A stretch of 64,000 bases of DNA from Candidatus Omnitrophota bacterium (lineage in GTDB: Bacteria > Omnitrophota > Gorgyraeia > Gygaellales > Profunditerraquicolaceae), in NCBI GenBank assembly GCA_030650425.1, contig JAUSED010000002.1, positions 2,388-66,387 on the forward strand, written 5' to 3'. The stretch's first letter is position 1. Each line of letters begins with the position of its first letter. A program made the translations under genes and the position numbers. The notes under the pieces were generated by a model that saw only the letters and a program-made list of their open reading frames with translations, was not told where the DNA came from and did no database searches. Shown here piece by piece: positions 9,612 to 18,335 of the stretch.

Positions 9612-12587
9612 TTACCTAAACACTATCGACCCTGCCTTACCTTCAACATTTCCCTGTCCACCGTTCACATTGATTGTGCCGGATATCGCTCCGCCCCTGC
9701 CCACGACATCAATCCTTCCGCCCTCTCCGCCTTGGGATGAGCTGGAGCCGCCTTGCGCGTGGATCACCGCTCCTGCTCCGCCGAATTTATCCGCGGATAA
9801 ACTTATCTGCCCGGCGCCGGCGCCTGTTCCTTCTTTTCCGTCGGCAGTAATTGCGCTGTAAATATAAAAATTCCCTCTCGCGTTAAGCTTGATCAGGCCG
9901 CCCTTATTGTTATTTACTCCGTTTGCCTCAATCGAGGCCTTCGGTTCGATATTTATATTGCCCGCTGAAATATCTAATTTTGAGTTTGGCGTATGAGTCA
10001 ACACGCTGTTTGAGCCAACCGTAAGGTTACCGCTGATCGTAATTTGGCCTTCGCCATCCTGTATCAACCTGCCGCCTTTACGCACCACTATTTCCTGACA
10101 ACCCTTATTCACCCCTGCCTTCAGCACCAAGGTAGAGGTATTTTTCCCTGTCCCGTCGCCGATAGTCAGTTTGCGGAAAGAAATTGGTTCATCCGCGTAA
10201 ACCGTAGCCTTACCGGCGATCTTTACTTCCGTGTTTAATCCCGGGGCCTTTCCGCCTAACCAAGAAGCGGCATTACTCCATTTCCCCTCGCCGCTGGCAA
10301 TATAGTCGCTGGATTCTTCTGCCGCCCGCGAACCAAAAGTTTTATCCGAGGTATCAAAAATAGACGGGTCATTGGCGTCGGATATTTTAATCAACAGCTT
10401 TTCTCCGGCTGCCACAGGCTGCCAAAGGTATTCTCCGCTATTGGCTATCTGCCCGGCGATCAGCGTATAATTTTTACCGCCATCGGAAGAATAGGCGATA
10501 TCAAATGGATAAGACGATTCGTATTCTCCGGCCAGCCAAACAATATCTCCTTGGCTATCCGCGCTAAAAGTTTCTCCGCCGTTAGGAGAAACAAGATTAA
10601 TCTTTCCCGGACGGTAATCTAAGGAAAACATCGATAAGCCGTCATTGCGGGAGAAAAAGGGGACTGTCCCCGCAGGGGACTGTCCCCTTTTTCCCGAGAA
10701 ATCCAACCGCGCCTTCAGGCTTGTCCCCGGCTTAAAATCCTTCTTGGAGGCGTAATAAAATTTTTCATTTACGCAGTCTTTCTTAAAACTTACGCCGCTA
10801 TCCGCGGAAACGCTTACGGATAGATCCGCGTTATCCGAAGAAGACATCTTCCATGAAGGTACGAGGATACGTGTCGGCTGATTGCTCGCGGCCAGTTCGC
10901 TTGATAAATAATAACCGCTGGTGGCATCGTCTTTAAGCACAAGTTCTCCGCTGGCTGAAACTTTGGTCCCGCTAAAAACCGCAAGGCTCACGCCCTCCTC
11001 TTTCCCCGTGGCCTCGATCACCGGAAGGGCCTCCGCGAATTTACGCGCGCGGATGGTCCCAAAATACATAATGTTTTTTCCGTTTCCTTCGCCGCCGGAG
11101 CGTAAAGACAAATACCCAGCGCTCGGCGCCGGATCAAACTGATAGCTTGCGCTCGCCTGCGGTGCATCCGTCATCGGAAAAACAGGGACTGTCCCCGAAG
11201 GGGACTGTCCCGTTTTTCCCTCAAATCTTTCAAAAGTCATCTTACCGTTATAAAGGACTATCCTGTAATTATATTTTTCTCCGGTAACCGTTGGCTTGGC
11301 CGCGCTGTCATTCGCCTTCACGATTCCATTGGGAGCGATGCAATGCTCTGCCCCTTTATATATAGAGGAATAAGCAAGGTAAATAGGGCTGTCATAAGAG
11401 GCTTCATTTTTATTCAGGATATCTAAACTGTTTTCAAAACCGCTTGTAAGCTGACAGGAATATTCAATCACCCCTTCTTTGAATTGGAAATTTTTACTGA
11501 TGATTTTAGCCGCGTCCAATTTAATCCCTTCATCACTTATTTCCGCGCTTCCATTTTGCTCGGTGTGGGTTACCCATTTATCTTTGTCTAAGGTGGGGGA
11601 TTGCCCCGCATTCTGCGGGGTCCCGCTTGGGCGGGAAAAATCTTCATAAAAATCAAAGGTCGCGTTCGGATTGGAAAGGTCTTCAGCTTCGCTATTACCA
11701 TAATATAGGTAAAGGGTTACTCCTTCCTTAGGGATCTGCGGAATTTTTACCCAGAACGTGGCTGTGCGGCTGCCTTTTTCGCCTTCTATGCTCTCTCTGT
11801 AAAAGGAGAGTGCTGTTTGGCGGTCAGCCGCGGTAAAACGGATATCTTTAAAATCCGCCAGCGTGTGGCCGTTTACATCTAGATCAACGTCTTTAACCGC
11901 GTCGCTTTCTCCAATTTTTAATTTTAATTGGTAATTATATAAATCCTGAGTGGGGGATCTTTTTATAGTTATTTCTTTACGGTAGAGAAACCCGCTTAAA
12001 GTTGGTTCGCCAAAATCTCCGGCTACCCCTTGAGTGTCGGTATAATTAATATTTACGCGGGAGAGCTTTGCGTCAGCCTCTAAAGTTTGGGCGCGCCAGC
12101 GCAAGCGGTTGCCGTTTACAAAACCGCTTTTCATTGGAACGCCGTTAGTCACCGGATAATAATGCAGGCCGTTGTCCGCGCTTACTTCAAAATTAATTTT
12201 TCCGGTAGCGGTATAATTCGCGGTGATCGATTTTATTTGTCCATCCGTGGCGATGAAACTATCCATAGCATAAACCCCTTGTGAAATTTTCGGGAGGCCT
12301 AAGGTCTGCGCATTATCCGCGCTCCAGATCAACGCTTTCTTTAAAGTCACCACTTCCGCGCTGGCGCAATTCACGAATATCACAAATAAAAAGAGACCCA
12401 AAAAAAACAGAAACAGTTTCCGAGCCAATCGGGAAACTGTTTCCGAGCCAATCGGGAAACTGTTTCCGAGCCAATCGGGACAGTGGGCTTTCACTCCAGT
12501 TATCCTCATCTCTTCTCTTTTCATCTTTTGCCTCTTTTTTTCTGTATCTCTATGATAAATATACATTATTATAGAGTACAAAAACAA
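9612..12587 (-). CDS. Secreted protein with a DUF2341/LamG-like domain (about 960-990 aa). Its C-terminal Gly-rich region resembles the N-terminal region of the giant protein.
   Basis: It has a signal-peptide-like KLFLFFLGLFLFVIFVNCASA. The DUF2341 hallmark is present: …DIRFTAADRQTALSFYRESIEG…TFWVKIPQIPKEGVTLYLYYGNSEA. The C-terminal GGAGAVIHAQGGSSSSQGGEGGRIDVVGRGGAISG parallels the giant protein's N-region. The track's N-terminus (MFLYSIIMYIYH…PDWLGNSFPIGSETVSRLARK) is read straight through the palindromic-repeat array at 12410-12488. The real start is probably inside 12428-12509, for example the TTG at 12428-12426. Confidence 0.6.
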   Translation of the reverse strand: MFLYSIIMYIYHRDTEKKRQKMKREEMRITGVKAHCPDWLGNSFPIGSETVSRLARKLFLFFLGLFLFVIFVNCASAEVVTLKKALIWSADNAQTLGLPKISQGVYAMDSFIATDGQIKSITANYTATGKINFEVSADNGLHYYPVTNGVPMKSGFVNGNRLRWRAQTLEADAKLSRVNINYTDTQGVAGDFGEPTLSGFLYRKEITIKRSPTQDLYNYQLKLKIGESDAVKDVDLDVNGHTLADFKDIRFTAADRQTALSFYRESIEGEKGSRTATFWVKIPQIPKEGVTLYLYYGNSEAEDLSNPNATFDFYEDFSRPSGTPQNAGQSPTLDKDKWVTHTEQNGSAEISDEGIKLDAAKIISKNFQFKEGVIEYSCQLTSGFENSLDILNKNEASYDSPIYLAYSSIYKGAEHCIAPNGIVKANDSAAKPTVTGEKYNYRIVLYNGKMTFERFEGKTGQSPSGTVPVFPMTDAPQASASYQFDPAPSAGYLSLRSGGEGNGKNIMYFGTIRARKFAEALPVIEATGKEEGVSLAVFSGTKVSASGELVLKDDATSGYYLSSELAASNQPTRILVPSWKMSSSDNADLSVSVSADSGVSFKKDCVNEKFYYASKKDFKPGTSLKARLDFSGKRGQSPAGTVPFFSRNDGLSMFSLDYRPGKINLVSPNGGETFSADSQGDIVWLAGEYESSYPFDIAYSSDGGKNYTLIAGQIANSGEYLWQPVAAGEKLLIKISDANDPSIFDTSDKTFGSRAAEESSDYIASGEGKWSNAASWLGGKAPGLNTEVKIAGKATVYADEPISFRKLTIGDGTGKNTSTLVLKAGVNKGCQEIVVRKGGRLIQDGEGQITISGNLTVGSNSVLTHTPNSKLDISAGNINIEPKASIEANGVNNNKGGLIKLNARGNFYIYSAITADGKEGTGAGAGQISLSADKFGGAGAVIHAQGGSSSSQGGEGGRIDVVGRGGAISGTINVNGGQGNVEGKAGSIVFR
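12410..12488. repeat. BIME/REP-like array A: three copies of GGAAAC(T/A)GTTTCC with the 10-bp spacer gagccaatcg, plus a terminal gggacagtgggc
   Basis: cagaaacagtttccgagccaatcgggaaactgtttccgagccaatcgggaaactgtttccgagccaatcgggacagtgggc. Confidence 0.85.
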
Positions 12588-12636
12588 TCGTAAAACTACT
12601 CAATAAGCTTGCGCATATTACTCTACCCCTAAGACT

Positions 12637-12752
12637 GGAAACAGTTTCCAATCTGTGAAGGAAACTGTTTCCATCCCAAAGCGGAAACTGTTTCCGAACC
12701 AATCGGGACAGTGGGCTATCTTTCAGATTGGACATTTCAGATTGGACATTTC
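12637..12752. repeat. BIME/REP-like array B: three GGAAAC(A/T)GTTTCC copies with spacers aatctgtgaa, atcccaaagc and gaaccaatcg, plus gggacagtgggc, followed by a 15-bp direct repeat cagattggacatttc ×2
   Basis: ggaaacagtttccaatctgtgaaggaaactgtttccatcccaaagcggaaactgtttccgaaccaatcgggacagtgggc…cagattggacatttcagattggacatttc. Confidence 0.85.
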
Positions 12753-12764
12753 CCCTCATAAAAA

Positions 12765-14153
12765 TCATCTCACAACCTCCCAATGTCCACCTTTTGCAGG
12801 ACCAATTCGCTTTATTAAACCTTTCTTCTTTAACCGTCGTATATTCTTATCAATGGCCGTAGTGCTAATTCCTATGCTCTTTGAAAGTTCTTCCTTGGAA
12901 ATTACGGGATCCCTTTTTACAAGAACTAGGATTTTCTTCTGGCTTTCTACCAACCCTTCTACCAACCCTTCTACCCACCCTTCTTTACTTTCTTCCCGCA
13001 GGCTATATGATGGCCTACGGAATATAATTCTAAAGAAGGTGCCGCTTTTGATCACCGGATATGGAAGGCCGGATTTCTTCATTAAATCCCTCATCCGCCG
13101 GATACCCATCCCTATGCGCTCTACTTTACCCATCCGGGCAAAAAGATCGGCAATAAGTTCGTTGCGTCGGACCGAAAGATTAATAAGAGAGCGCGGAGTT
13201 AACCCTTCGGGTATTCCTCCCGGATTTCTTATTTCCACGCGGTCTTCATGCACCTCAACCATACTACTCGTTCCCCTCATACTGTAATCGCGATGAATAA
13301 TGGCATTAGCCACGGCTTCACGCAACGCCTCTATAGGCATCTCGTAAATATCTCTGCGATTTACTCCCTGTATTTCACTGCGAACATTAAGGTGCTTCTC
13401 GAGAAAAGTGATTGCCCTATTAAACTGGGTTAGAAGGTCATCCTGAACATCTTCCCGATCATAAATGTGGATTCTGTTTTTTCCTTTAAAAGCCGCTAGG
13501 ATCATTTCGCACTGCAAGATATGCCGCCGCGGCTTTTTTGCGAAGAAAAGCACGCCGGCATTTTTTATGTGCTCACCATCGCACAGATTAAGGCTTGAGA
13601 GAATTCTCTGCGTGTCTATCGAAGAAACATGAATATTTGCTTCTTTGAAAAATTCATTTATTTTTGATTCATCAATATCGCTAAAATTTGCTTCTGTATT
13701 TATTTGTTCTTCAAATGATGATTTAAAAGCTTGCTTGAATAAAAGTTCTATCTCCCTGCGGTTCATCTTTTGCGTCACTGCGTCCAACCGCCTAAAATAG
13801 CCATCACCGCAACTGTAGGGTTTATCCATTCCCTCTTCTATATCAATAACAATAATCGTCTCCACCTGTGCAATCCTTTTAATTGAAATTTGTGGTTCGC
13901 AATGACGGGCGATGTCGATAATTTCCGCTTTGAGTTTATTAGTTAATTTCTCGCCGGTAACCCTCCCGTCATCTGTAATGCCAAGAAGAATATAGCCGCC
14001 TTTTGTATTTGAAAAGGCGGTAATATCCCGGTTAATTCTGGAAGTATAATGTTCCTTAAATTCAACCGTCAATCCTTCGCCTTCAGATATTAGTAACCTT
14101 AGGTTTTCTGATTTCATATAATGCCCGTTACGCATCAATAATTTTGTTCTCAA
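12765..14153 (-). CDS. Putative ATP-binding transcriptional regulator: an AlbA_2 (Schlafen-like) DNA-binding domain, an HATPase_c_4 domain and a C-terminal winged HTH
   Basis: The N-terminus LLISEGEGLTVEFKEHYTS…ITAFSNTKGGYILLGITDDGRV is typical of AlbA_2 domains. The C-terminus …KEELSKSIGISTTAIDKNIRRLKKKGLIKRIG reads as a winged helix. The gene carries an in-frame 15-nt tandem repeat (ccaacccttctac ×3 at about 12935-12990) that encodes LVEGLVEGLVE. Confidence 0.55.
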   Translation of the reverse strand: MRTKLLMRNGHYMKSENLRLLISEGEGLTVEFKEHYTSRINRDITAFSNTKGGYILLGITDDGRVTGEKLTNKLKAEIIDIARHCEPQISIKRIAQVETIIVIDIEEGMDKPYSCGDGYFRRLDAVTQKMNRREIELLFKQAFKSSFEEQINTEANFSDIDESKINEFFKEANIHVSSIDTQRILSSLNLCDGEHIKNAGVLFFAKKPRRHILQCEMILAAFKGKNRIHIYDREDVQDDLLTQFNRAITFLEKHLNVRSEIQGVNRRDIYEMPIEALREAVANAIIHRDYSMRGTSSMVEVHEDRVEIRNPGGIPEGLTPRSLINLSVRRNELIADLFARMGKVERIGMGIRRMRDLMKKSGLPYPVIKSGTFFRIIFRRPSYSLREESKEGWVEGLVEGLVESQKKILVLVKRDPVISKEELSKSIGISTTAIDKNIRRLKKKGLIKRIGPAKGGHWEVVR

Positions 14154-14766
14154 AAGAGTATTTTATCAGGTCGCTTGTCCGGTGCAGATCCAGCTTCTTA
14201 AGTATGGCATTCTTATAGTTTTCTACTGTCCGGCGGCTTAAAAAGAGCACCTCGGCTATTTCTTTAGCCGTCTTACCTTCTGTAACCAAGCGTAAAATGT
14301 CCAATTCCCGTTCATTTAACAACTGTTCAATCGGCTGTTTTTTGGGCTCCTTGGCCGCTTGCGCTAAATATTCAGCCGTAGCTTGGCCTAAATAGGTTTT
14401 GCCGCTTGAGACGCGCGAGAGCGCCAAAATTAACTCTTCGGCAACATTATCCTTGTTTAGGTAGCCGCTCACCCCCTGCCGCAAGGCCTTTAAGACATAC
14501 GCTCCCAATTTATGCATCGTAACAATAATTATTTTGGTTGCCGGCGAAATCCTTTTTACCCGCGCGATAATATCCAGCCCTCCAAGCTTCGGCATTGAAA
14601 TATCCAGAAGCAAAATATCGGGCTTATAGTCTTGCGTTATTTTCAAAGCCTCTTCTCCATTGGAGGCCTCGGCGCAGATTTCATATTCAGTATGCTTGGC
14701 TAATACGCTCTTAATCCCCGCGCGGATTATACTATGGTCATCAACGATTGCGATCTTTATAGCCAT
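14128..14766 (-). CDS. Response regulator of the NarL/LuxR family (REC domain plus LuxR-type HTH)
   Basis: MAIKIAIVDDH…DILLLDISMPKLGG is a receiver domain. The C-terminal LSRRTVENYKNAILKKL is a LuxR-type HTH. Confidence 0.9.
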   Translation of the reverse strand: MAIKIAIVDDHSIIRAGIKSVLAKHTEYEICAEASNGEEALKITQDYKPDILLLDISMPKLGGLDIIARVKRISPATKIIIVTMHKLGAYVLKALRQGVSGYLNKDNVAEELILALSRVSSGKTYLGQATAEYLAQAAKEPKKQPIEQLLNERELDILRLVTEGKTAKEIAEVLFLSRRTVENYKNAILKKLDLHRTSDLIKYSFENKIIDA

Positions 14767-14769
14767 ATT

Positions 14770-16158
14770 TTAAATCGGGAGCACCACGTTAATCGTAGTT
14801 CCCTTTCCGAGTCCGGACTCGATATGCATTGAACCGTCTAAAACTTCCACCCTCTCTTTTAAACCTACAAGCCCTAAACGCAGCTTATCTTCCCTGCGCC
14901 TTAACAATCTCTGCGTGACTAACTGGTAATCGAAACCCCGGCCATTGTCATGATAAAATAATTCCAGGGAATTTTTATTCCTATTCAAACGCACCTCGAC
15001 ATTTTTAGCCTTAGCGTGCTTAGCCATATTCGTAAGCAGCTCCTGAATTATACGATAAATTAATAAACTGTACTCCGGGGGTAATTCAAAATTGTTATCT
15101 GCCTTCTGAAAAATATATTCCACTCCGGTAAGTTGTTTCGTCTCTATAAGCAGCGACTCAAGGCTCTCTAATAACCCTACCTCGTCTAAATCCGGCGGCC
15201 TAAGCAAAAAAGCTATATTGTGGCTTTTATCAATAAGCGTTGAAGCTATCTTTTTACATTCTTCAACCTTTGTAATTAAATCTTCCGGGGACACATTGCT
15301 TTTAAAGCAATGTGTCCCCGGAAACCCTGCTAACTCTTGTGAGATCAGCCCCAAGTAAATCTTCAGCGCGCTTAAATCCTGGCCCATTTCATCATGCACC
15401 GCTGTGGAAAGTTTTTTGCGTTCACTCTCCTCCATATTGATCAAGCGGTTAAAAAGCTGCTGGCGATAAGAGTGTTCTTTTATCCTGCGCCGGTATACTG
15501 AAACCGCGATCAGCGTCCCGATAAGCAGCGCGGCCATTAAACTAAGCCTCAAGAAAAGAACCGCCTGCTCCTTATCCGCATTAGCCAAAAACATCTGCCG
15601 CTCAACCTCTTGCAGATTAGCCTTACCCATAGAGCTATCCAGGAATTCGTCTATTTTATAAACGCGGTTTTCAAACGTCATCAGCAGATTATTCACAGTA
15701 TCGCTCGTTTTGTCGGATTGCCCCAGATCAACCAATTCCACTATTTTTGCGCCCAACGCCAGAAGCTCATTGAAAGACGCGGTTATCTGATTTGCCCAAT
15801 CTTTCTGCTGCGCCAGATAAGCGCTATCTTGGTAAATCTTAAGCTGTTTTTTAAATTTATCCCCGGCGCCTAAGATGCTATTTATGTTGACGGCCATAGG
15901 CAGGGCGCCCAGATAACGCGACGATTTCCAATATACATAGTTACGCACACCCATCGCGTAGATTGTATTGCTTATCCGCATTTCAAGTACCGCTCCTTCA
16001 AGCCTAAGGCTATGCTTTCCTAAATCTTCGATTTTTCGGCTAAGCCCGTTGATCTGAGAAATGGAGACCAAGCCGATTACCAACGTAAGCAGAATTAAAA
16101 ACGCGAAAGCAAAGAGAAGTTTTTTTTCCTTAAAATTTATCGGCTTTATATTTTCCAT
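14770..16158 (-). CDS. Sensor histidine kinase (HisKA_3/HATPase; NarX/UhpB-like) with N-terminal TM segments
   Basis: The H-box is AVHDEMGQDLSALK. The ATPase region reads NVEVRLNRN…FYHDNGRGFD…GLVGLKERVEVLDGSM. An in-frame palindromic insertion at 15285-15321 encodes GTHCFKSNVSP. Confidence 0.85.
   Translation of the reverse strand: MENIKPINFKEKKLLFAFAFLILLTLVIGLVSISQINGLSRKIEDLGKHSLRLEGAVLEMRISNTIYAMGVRNYVYWKSSRYLGALPMAVNINSILGAGDKFKKQLKIYQDSAYLAQQKDWANQITASFNELLALGAKIVELVDLGQSDKTSDTVNNLLMTFENRVYKIDEFLDSSMGKANLQEVERQMFLANADKEQAVLFLRLSLMAALLIGTLIAVSVYRRRIKEHSYRQQLFNRLINMEESERKKLSTAVHDEMGQDLSALKIYLGLISQELAGFPGTHCFKSNVSPEDLITKVEECKKIASTLIDKSHNIAFLLRPPDLDEVGLLESLESLLIETKQLTGVEYIFQKADNNFELPPEYSLLIYRIIQELLTNMAKHAKAKNVEVRLNRNKNSLELFYHDNGRGFDYQLVTQRLLRRREDKLRLGLVGLKERVEVLDGSMHIESGLGKGTTINVVLPI
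15285..15321. repeat. Inverted-repeat element GGGGACACATTGC-TTTTAAA-GCAATGTGTCCCC, in frame inside the histidine-kinase CDS
   Basis: Perfect 13-bp arms. It is related to the GGGGACACTTTCC…GGAAAGTGTCCCC family at 27154, 41334 and 42980. Confidence 0.8.
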
Positions 16159-16165
16159 TTATACT

Positions 16166-16270
16166 GGAAACTGTTTCCAATCTGTGAGGGAAACTGTTTC
16201 CGAGCCAATCGGGAAACTGTTTCCCGAACAACTCGGAAACTGTTTCCGCTTTGGGATGGAAACTGTTTCG
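16166..16270. repeat. BIME/REP-like array C: five GGAAACTGTTTC(C/G) copies with 10-bp spacers
   Basis: tggaaactgtttccaatctgtgagggaaactgtttccgagccaatcgggaaactgtttcccgaacaactcggaaactgtttccgctttgggatggaaactgtttcg. It fills the whole gap between the secretin stop (16272) and the kinase start (16158). Confidence 0.85.
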
Positions 16271-16271
16271 C

Positions 16272-18335
16272 CTACTTTTGACTTTTCTCTTCTTGCCATT
16301 TCTCGAACTCTTTGACACGCTGCAGCGCCTCTTTGGTCCAGTCATCGTCGGGATCACCGTAGGAAACACGCTTGCGCCAGTAATCCAGGGCCTTAGCGCT
16401 ATCCCCTTTCCCTTCGTTAAATAAAGCTAAGTTAGCATAGGCTGCCGCGTAATCCGGATTAACGGAAATTGCCTTAAGATACATCGCTTCGGCCTCTCTG
16501 GGCTTACCCTCCTGTTCATAAATAATCCCTAAATTATTGTAGGCCGGAGCTAATTTATTATCCAATTGAATGGCTTTAAGGAAAAATTCTTTAGCATCCT
16601 TAGGGTTAGCATCGGCTTGCGCGCGCAGCCCTTTTTGATAATAATCATTGGCATTATCCTGAAGCAAAAAGTGACTGTCACTTTTGTGACTGTCACTTTT
16701 TTTCTCTCCCGATGGTAAATCCATAGTTGCCTCTTCCAATGCCTCATCCCGAGCCACCTTTTTTTGCAGGTTTTCGGGAAGATACTCATTGGGAATAAAC
16801 TGCGTTATTTTCTTGCCTTTTAAATCCATATCCCCGCGGATGATATGCGGAGTAATAAAGATGATAACCTCGGTTTTGGTAATCGATTTATCGCGGTTGC
16901 TGAAAAGCGCGCCGAGAAACGGAATCTTGGAAATTATTGGCACCCCTACAATATCATCAGTCTCCTCAGTCTTAGTCATCCCGGCAAGCACAATCATCGT
17001 TCCGTCCTTAACCTTGACTGTCGTCTCTGACTGTGAAGTTTGAACAATCGGCACAAGGCTCCCCAACGCTGTGGTGAGCGTTTGTTTAACCGAGCTGACT
17101 TCGGGTTTAAGCTTCATCGTGATAAAACCGTCGGCACCGATCCGGGGGACGATTTTTAATTTCACGCCCACATCGACAAACTCTACCGACTCCGAAGTAA
17201 CTGTGGTCGAGGTTGCCTGGCTCTGCGTCTGAGTGATATAAGCGTCACGCTCGCCAACCATCAGGTTGGCTTCTTCATTGTTCACAATCGCGATCCTCGG
17301 CTGTGAAATGACATTGGTCTTGCCGTAAGTTTCCAGGAATTTTATTAAAATATGATTTCCGCTGGTCGTGGTATTCACGAGGATCTGCTGGTAGTTGGTC
17401 AAAGTAATAGGAAAGTAACCGGTAAAGGTAATTCCATTATTTACCGCGGCTTTCATGATCTCCTGCCAATCTATCCCTCTTTGAAACTCTTTGCTTAAGG
17501 TCAGCTCAATTACATCCGCTTCCACATAAACCTGCCGGGATTCCTCATCTAACTCTCTTACCAGCCTTTCTATTTTCTCCATCTTCTTCGGCAGGTCGCT
17601 GACGATCGCCTTTTGGCTTCTTTCGTCAATAATCACCTCGCCTGTCCCCGGGGTGATCGCCGCGTTCAATTGGGTTTTGGCGTCGGCGGCCTTAGCGTAA
17701 TTAAGGTTAAATACCGACGTACCCAGCGGCTGGTCCAGTTCAGTAATCGTTTCCTTCAATAATTTCAGCTTTTCCGGTGTATCGATAAGTATGACTGTGC
17801 CGCTTGTTTCATCGACGACGATTTTACCTACGTCGGATTTTAATTGCCCCAGCGCGTTAAAAATCGTCGCGGGCTTGGCATAAGTAAGCTTAACCATTTC
17901 TAAGTTTCTCTGGTCAATGTAATCTTTACCGTAAATTTTCTTGTATTCTGCCGCGGTCATCACATAATAAACGTTTCCCTTTTTGTACGAAGCAAGGTCC
18001 TGCGTAAGCAGAATGATATCCAAGACATCGTCAAATACAACATTACTCAAATAGATGGTAATGCGCCCGGATATGCCTTTACTGGGGACGATGGTCTTTC
18101 CGGTTTTAAGGGAGATGATCCGCAAAAGTTCGACAATTTCAACATTCTTCAGGTCGAGAGAGATTTTATCTTGCTCAAGCGCTCCCTTTTGACCCGCCTG
18201 TTTTACCTCGGCGGCGTAAGTCGAAAGCGGGGCAATCAAGAAAAAGGTGACAAAGGTGACAAATAGGGACAGCGCCAATTTTTTCAATAGCCTTTGGATT
18301 AGTAAAAAATGGTCGCTGTCCCTATTTATCCTCAT
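16272..18335 (-). CDS. Secretin (GspD/PilQ/MshL family) with a C-terminal TPR-repeat extension
   Basis: The secretin core reads …VISQPRIAIVNNEEANLMVGERDAYITQTQ…IPFLGALFSNRDKSITKTEVIIFITPHIIR. The C-terminal TPR units read YYQKGL…AYNNLGIIYEQEGKPREAEAMYLKAISVNPDYAAAYANLALF. An in-frame doublet palindrome at 16670-16697 encodes KSDSHKSDSH. Confidence 0.85.
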   Translation of the reverse strand: MRINRDSDHFLLIQRLLKKLALSLFVTFVTFFLIAPLSTYAAEVKQAGQKGALEQDKISLDLKNVEIVELLRIISLKTGKTIVPSKGISGRITIYLSNVVFDDVLDIILLTQDLASYKKGNVYYVMTAAEYKKIYGKDYIDQRNLEMVKLTYAKPATIFNALGQLKSDVGKIVVDETSGTVILIDTPEKLKLLKETITELDQPLGTSVFNLNYAKAADAKTQLNAAITPGTGEVIIDERSQKAIVSDLPKKMEKIERLVRELDEESRQVYVEADVIELTLSKEFQRGIDWQEIMKAAVNNGITFTGYFPITLTNYQQILVNTTTSGNHILIKFLETYGKTNVISQPRIAIVNNEEANLMVGERDAYITQTQSQATSTTVTSESVEFVDVGVKLKIVPRIGADGFITMKLKPEVSSVKQTLTTALGSLVPIVQTSQSETTVKVKDGTMIVLAGMTKTEETDDIVGVPIISKIPFLGALFSNRDKSITKTEVIIFITPHIIRGDMDLKGKKITQFIPNEYLPENLQKKVARDEALEEATMDLPSGEKKSDSHKSDSHFLLQDNANDYYQKGLRAQADANPKDAKEFFLKAIQLDNKLAPAYNNLGIIYEQEGKPREAEAMYLKAISVNPDYAAAYANLALFNEGKGDSAKALDYWRKRVSYGDPDDDWTKEALQRVKEFEKWQEEKSQK
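16670..16697. repeat. Doublet palindrome GTGACTGTCAC-tttt-GTGACTGTCAC inside the secretin CDS, in frame
   Basis: agtgactgtcacttttgtgactgtcactttttt. Confidence 0.85.

Noticed and set aside
9598-9612. The possibility that the 991-aa ORF and the giant ORF are one gene split by a frameshift or stop
   Set aside because: The downstream gene has its own GAGG ribosome-binding site, ATG and a canonical signal peptide. The upstream gene ends with a clean TAA. Two separate secreted proteins is the simpler reading, though they do share a Gly-rich domain.
12281-13287. ORFs 12281-12574 (+), 12550-12783 (-), 12655-13287 (+), 16061-16315 (+), 16130-16369 (-) and 20312-20638 (+)
   Set aside because: Their sequences are translations of the GGAAACTGTTTCC arrays (…ETVSEPIGKLFPSQSGNCFR…, …LETVSS…), or they are antisense to well-supported genes (the AlbA_2 regulator, the kinase and the secretin).
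12410-16270. CRISPR array: regularly spaced 13-bp repeats with about 10-bp 'spacers' at 12410-12488, 12637-12716, 16166-16270, 20506-20564, 26051-26133 and 51423-51458
   Set aside because: The repeats are only 13 bp and the spacers about 10 bp, both far below CRISPR dimensions. The 'spacers' themselves recur between arrays (gagccaatcg, aatctgtga, gctttgggat/atcccaaagc). Repeat orientation alternates, and no cas genes are present. I interpreted them as BIME/REP-like palindromic arrays.
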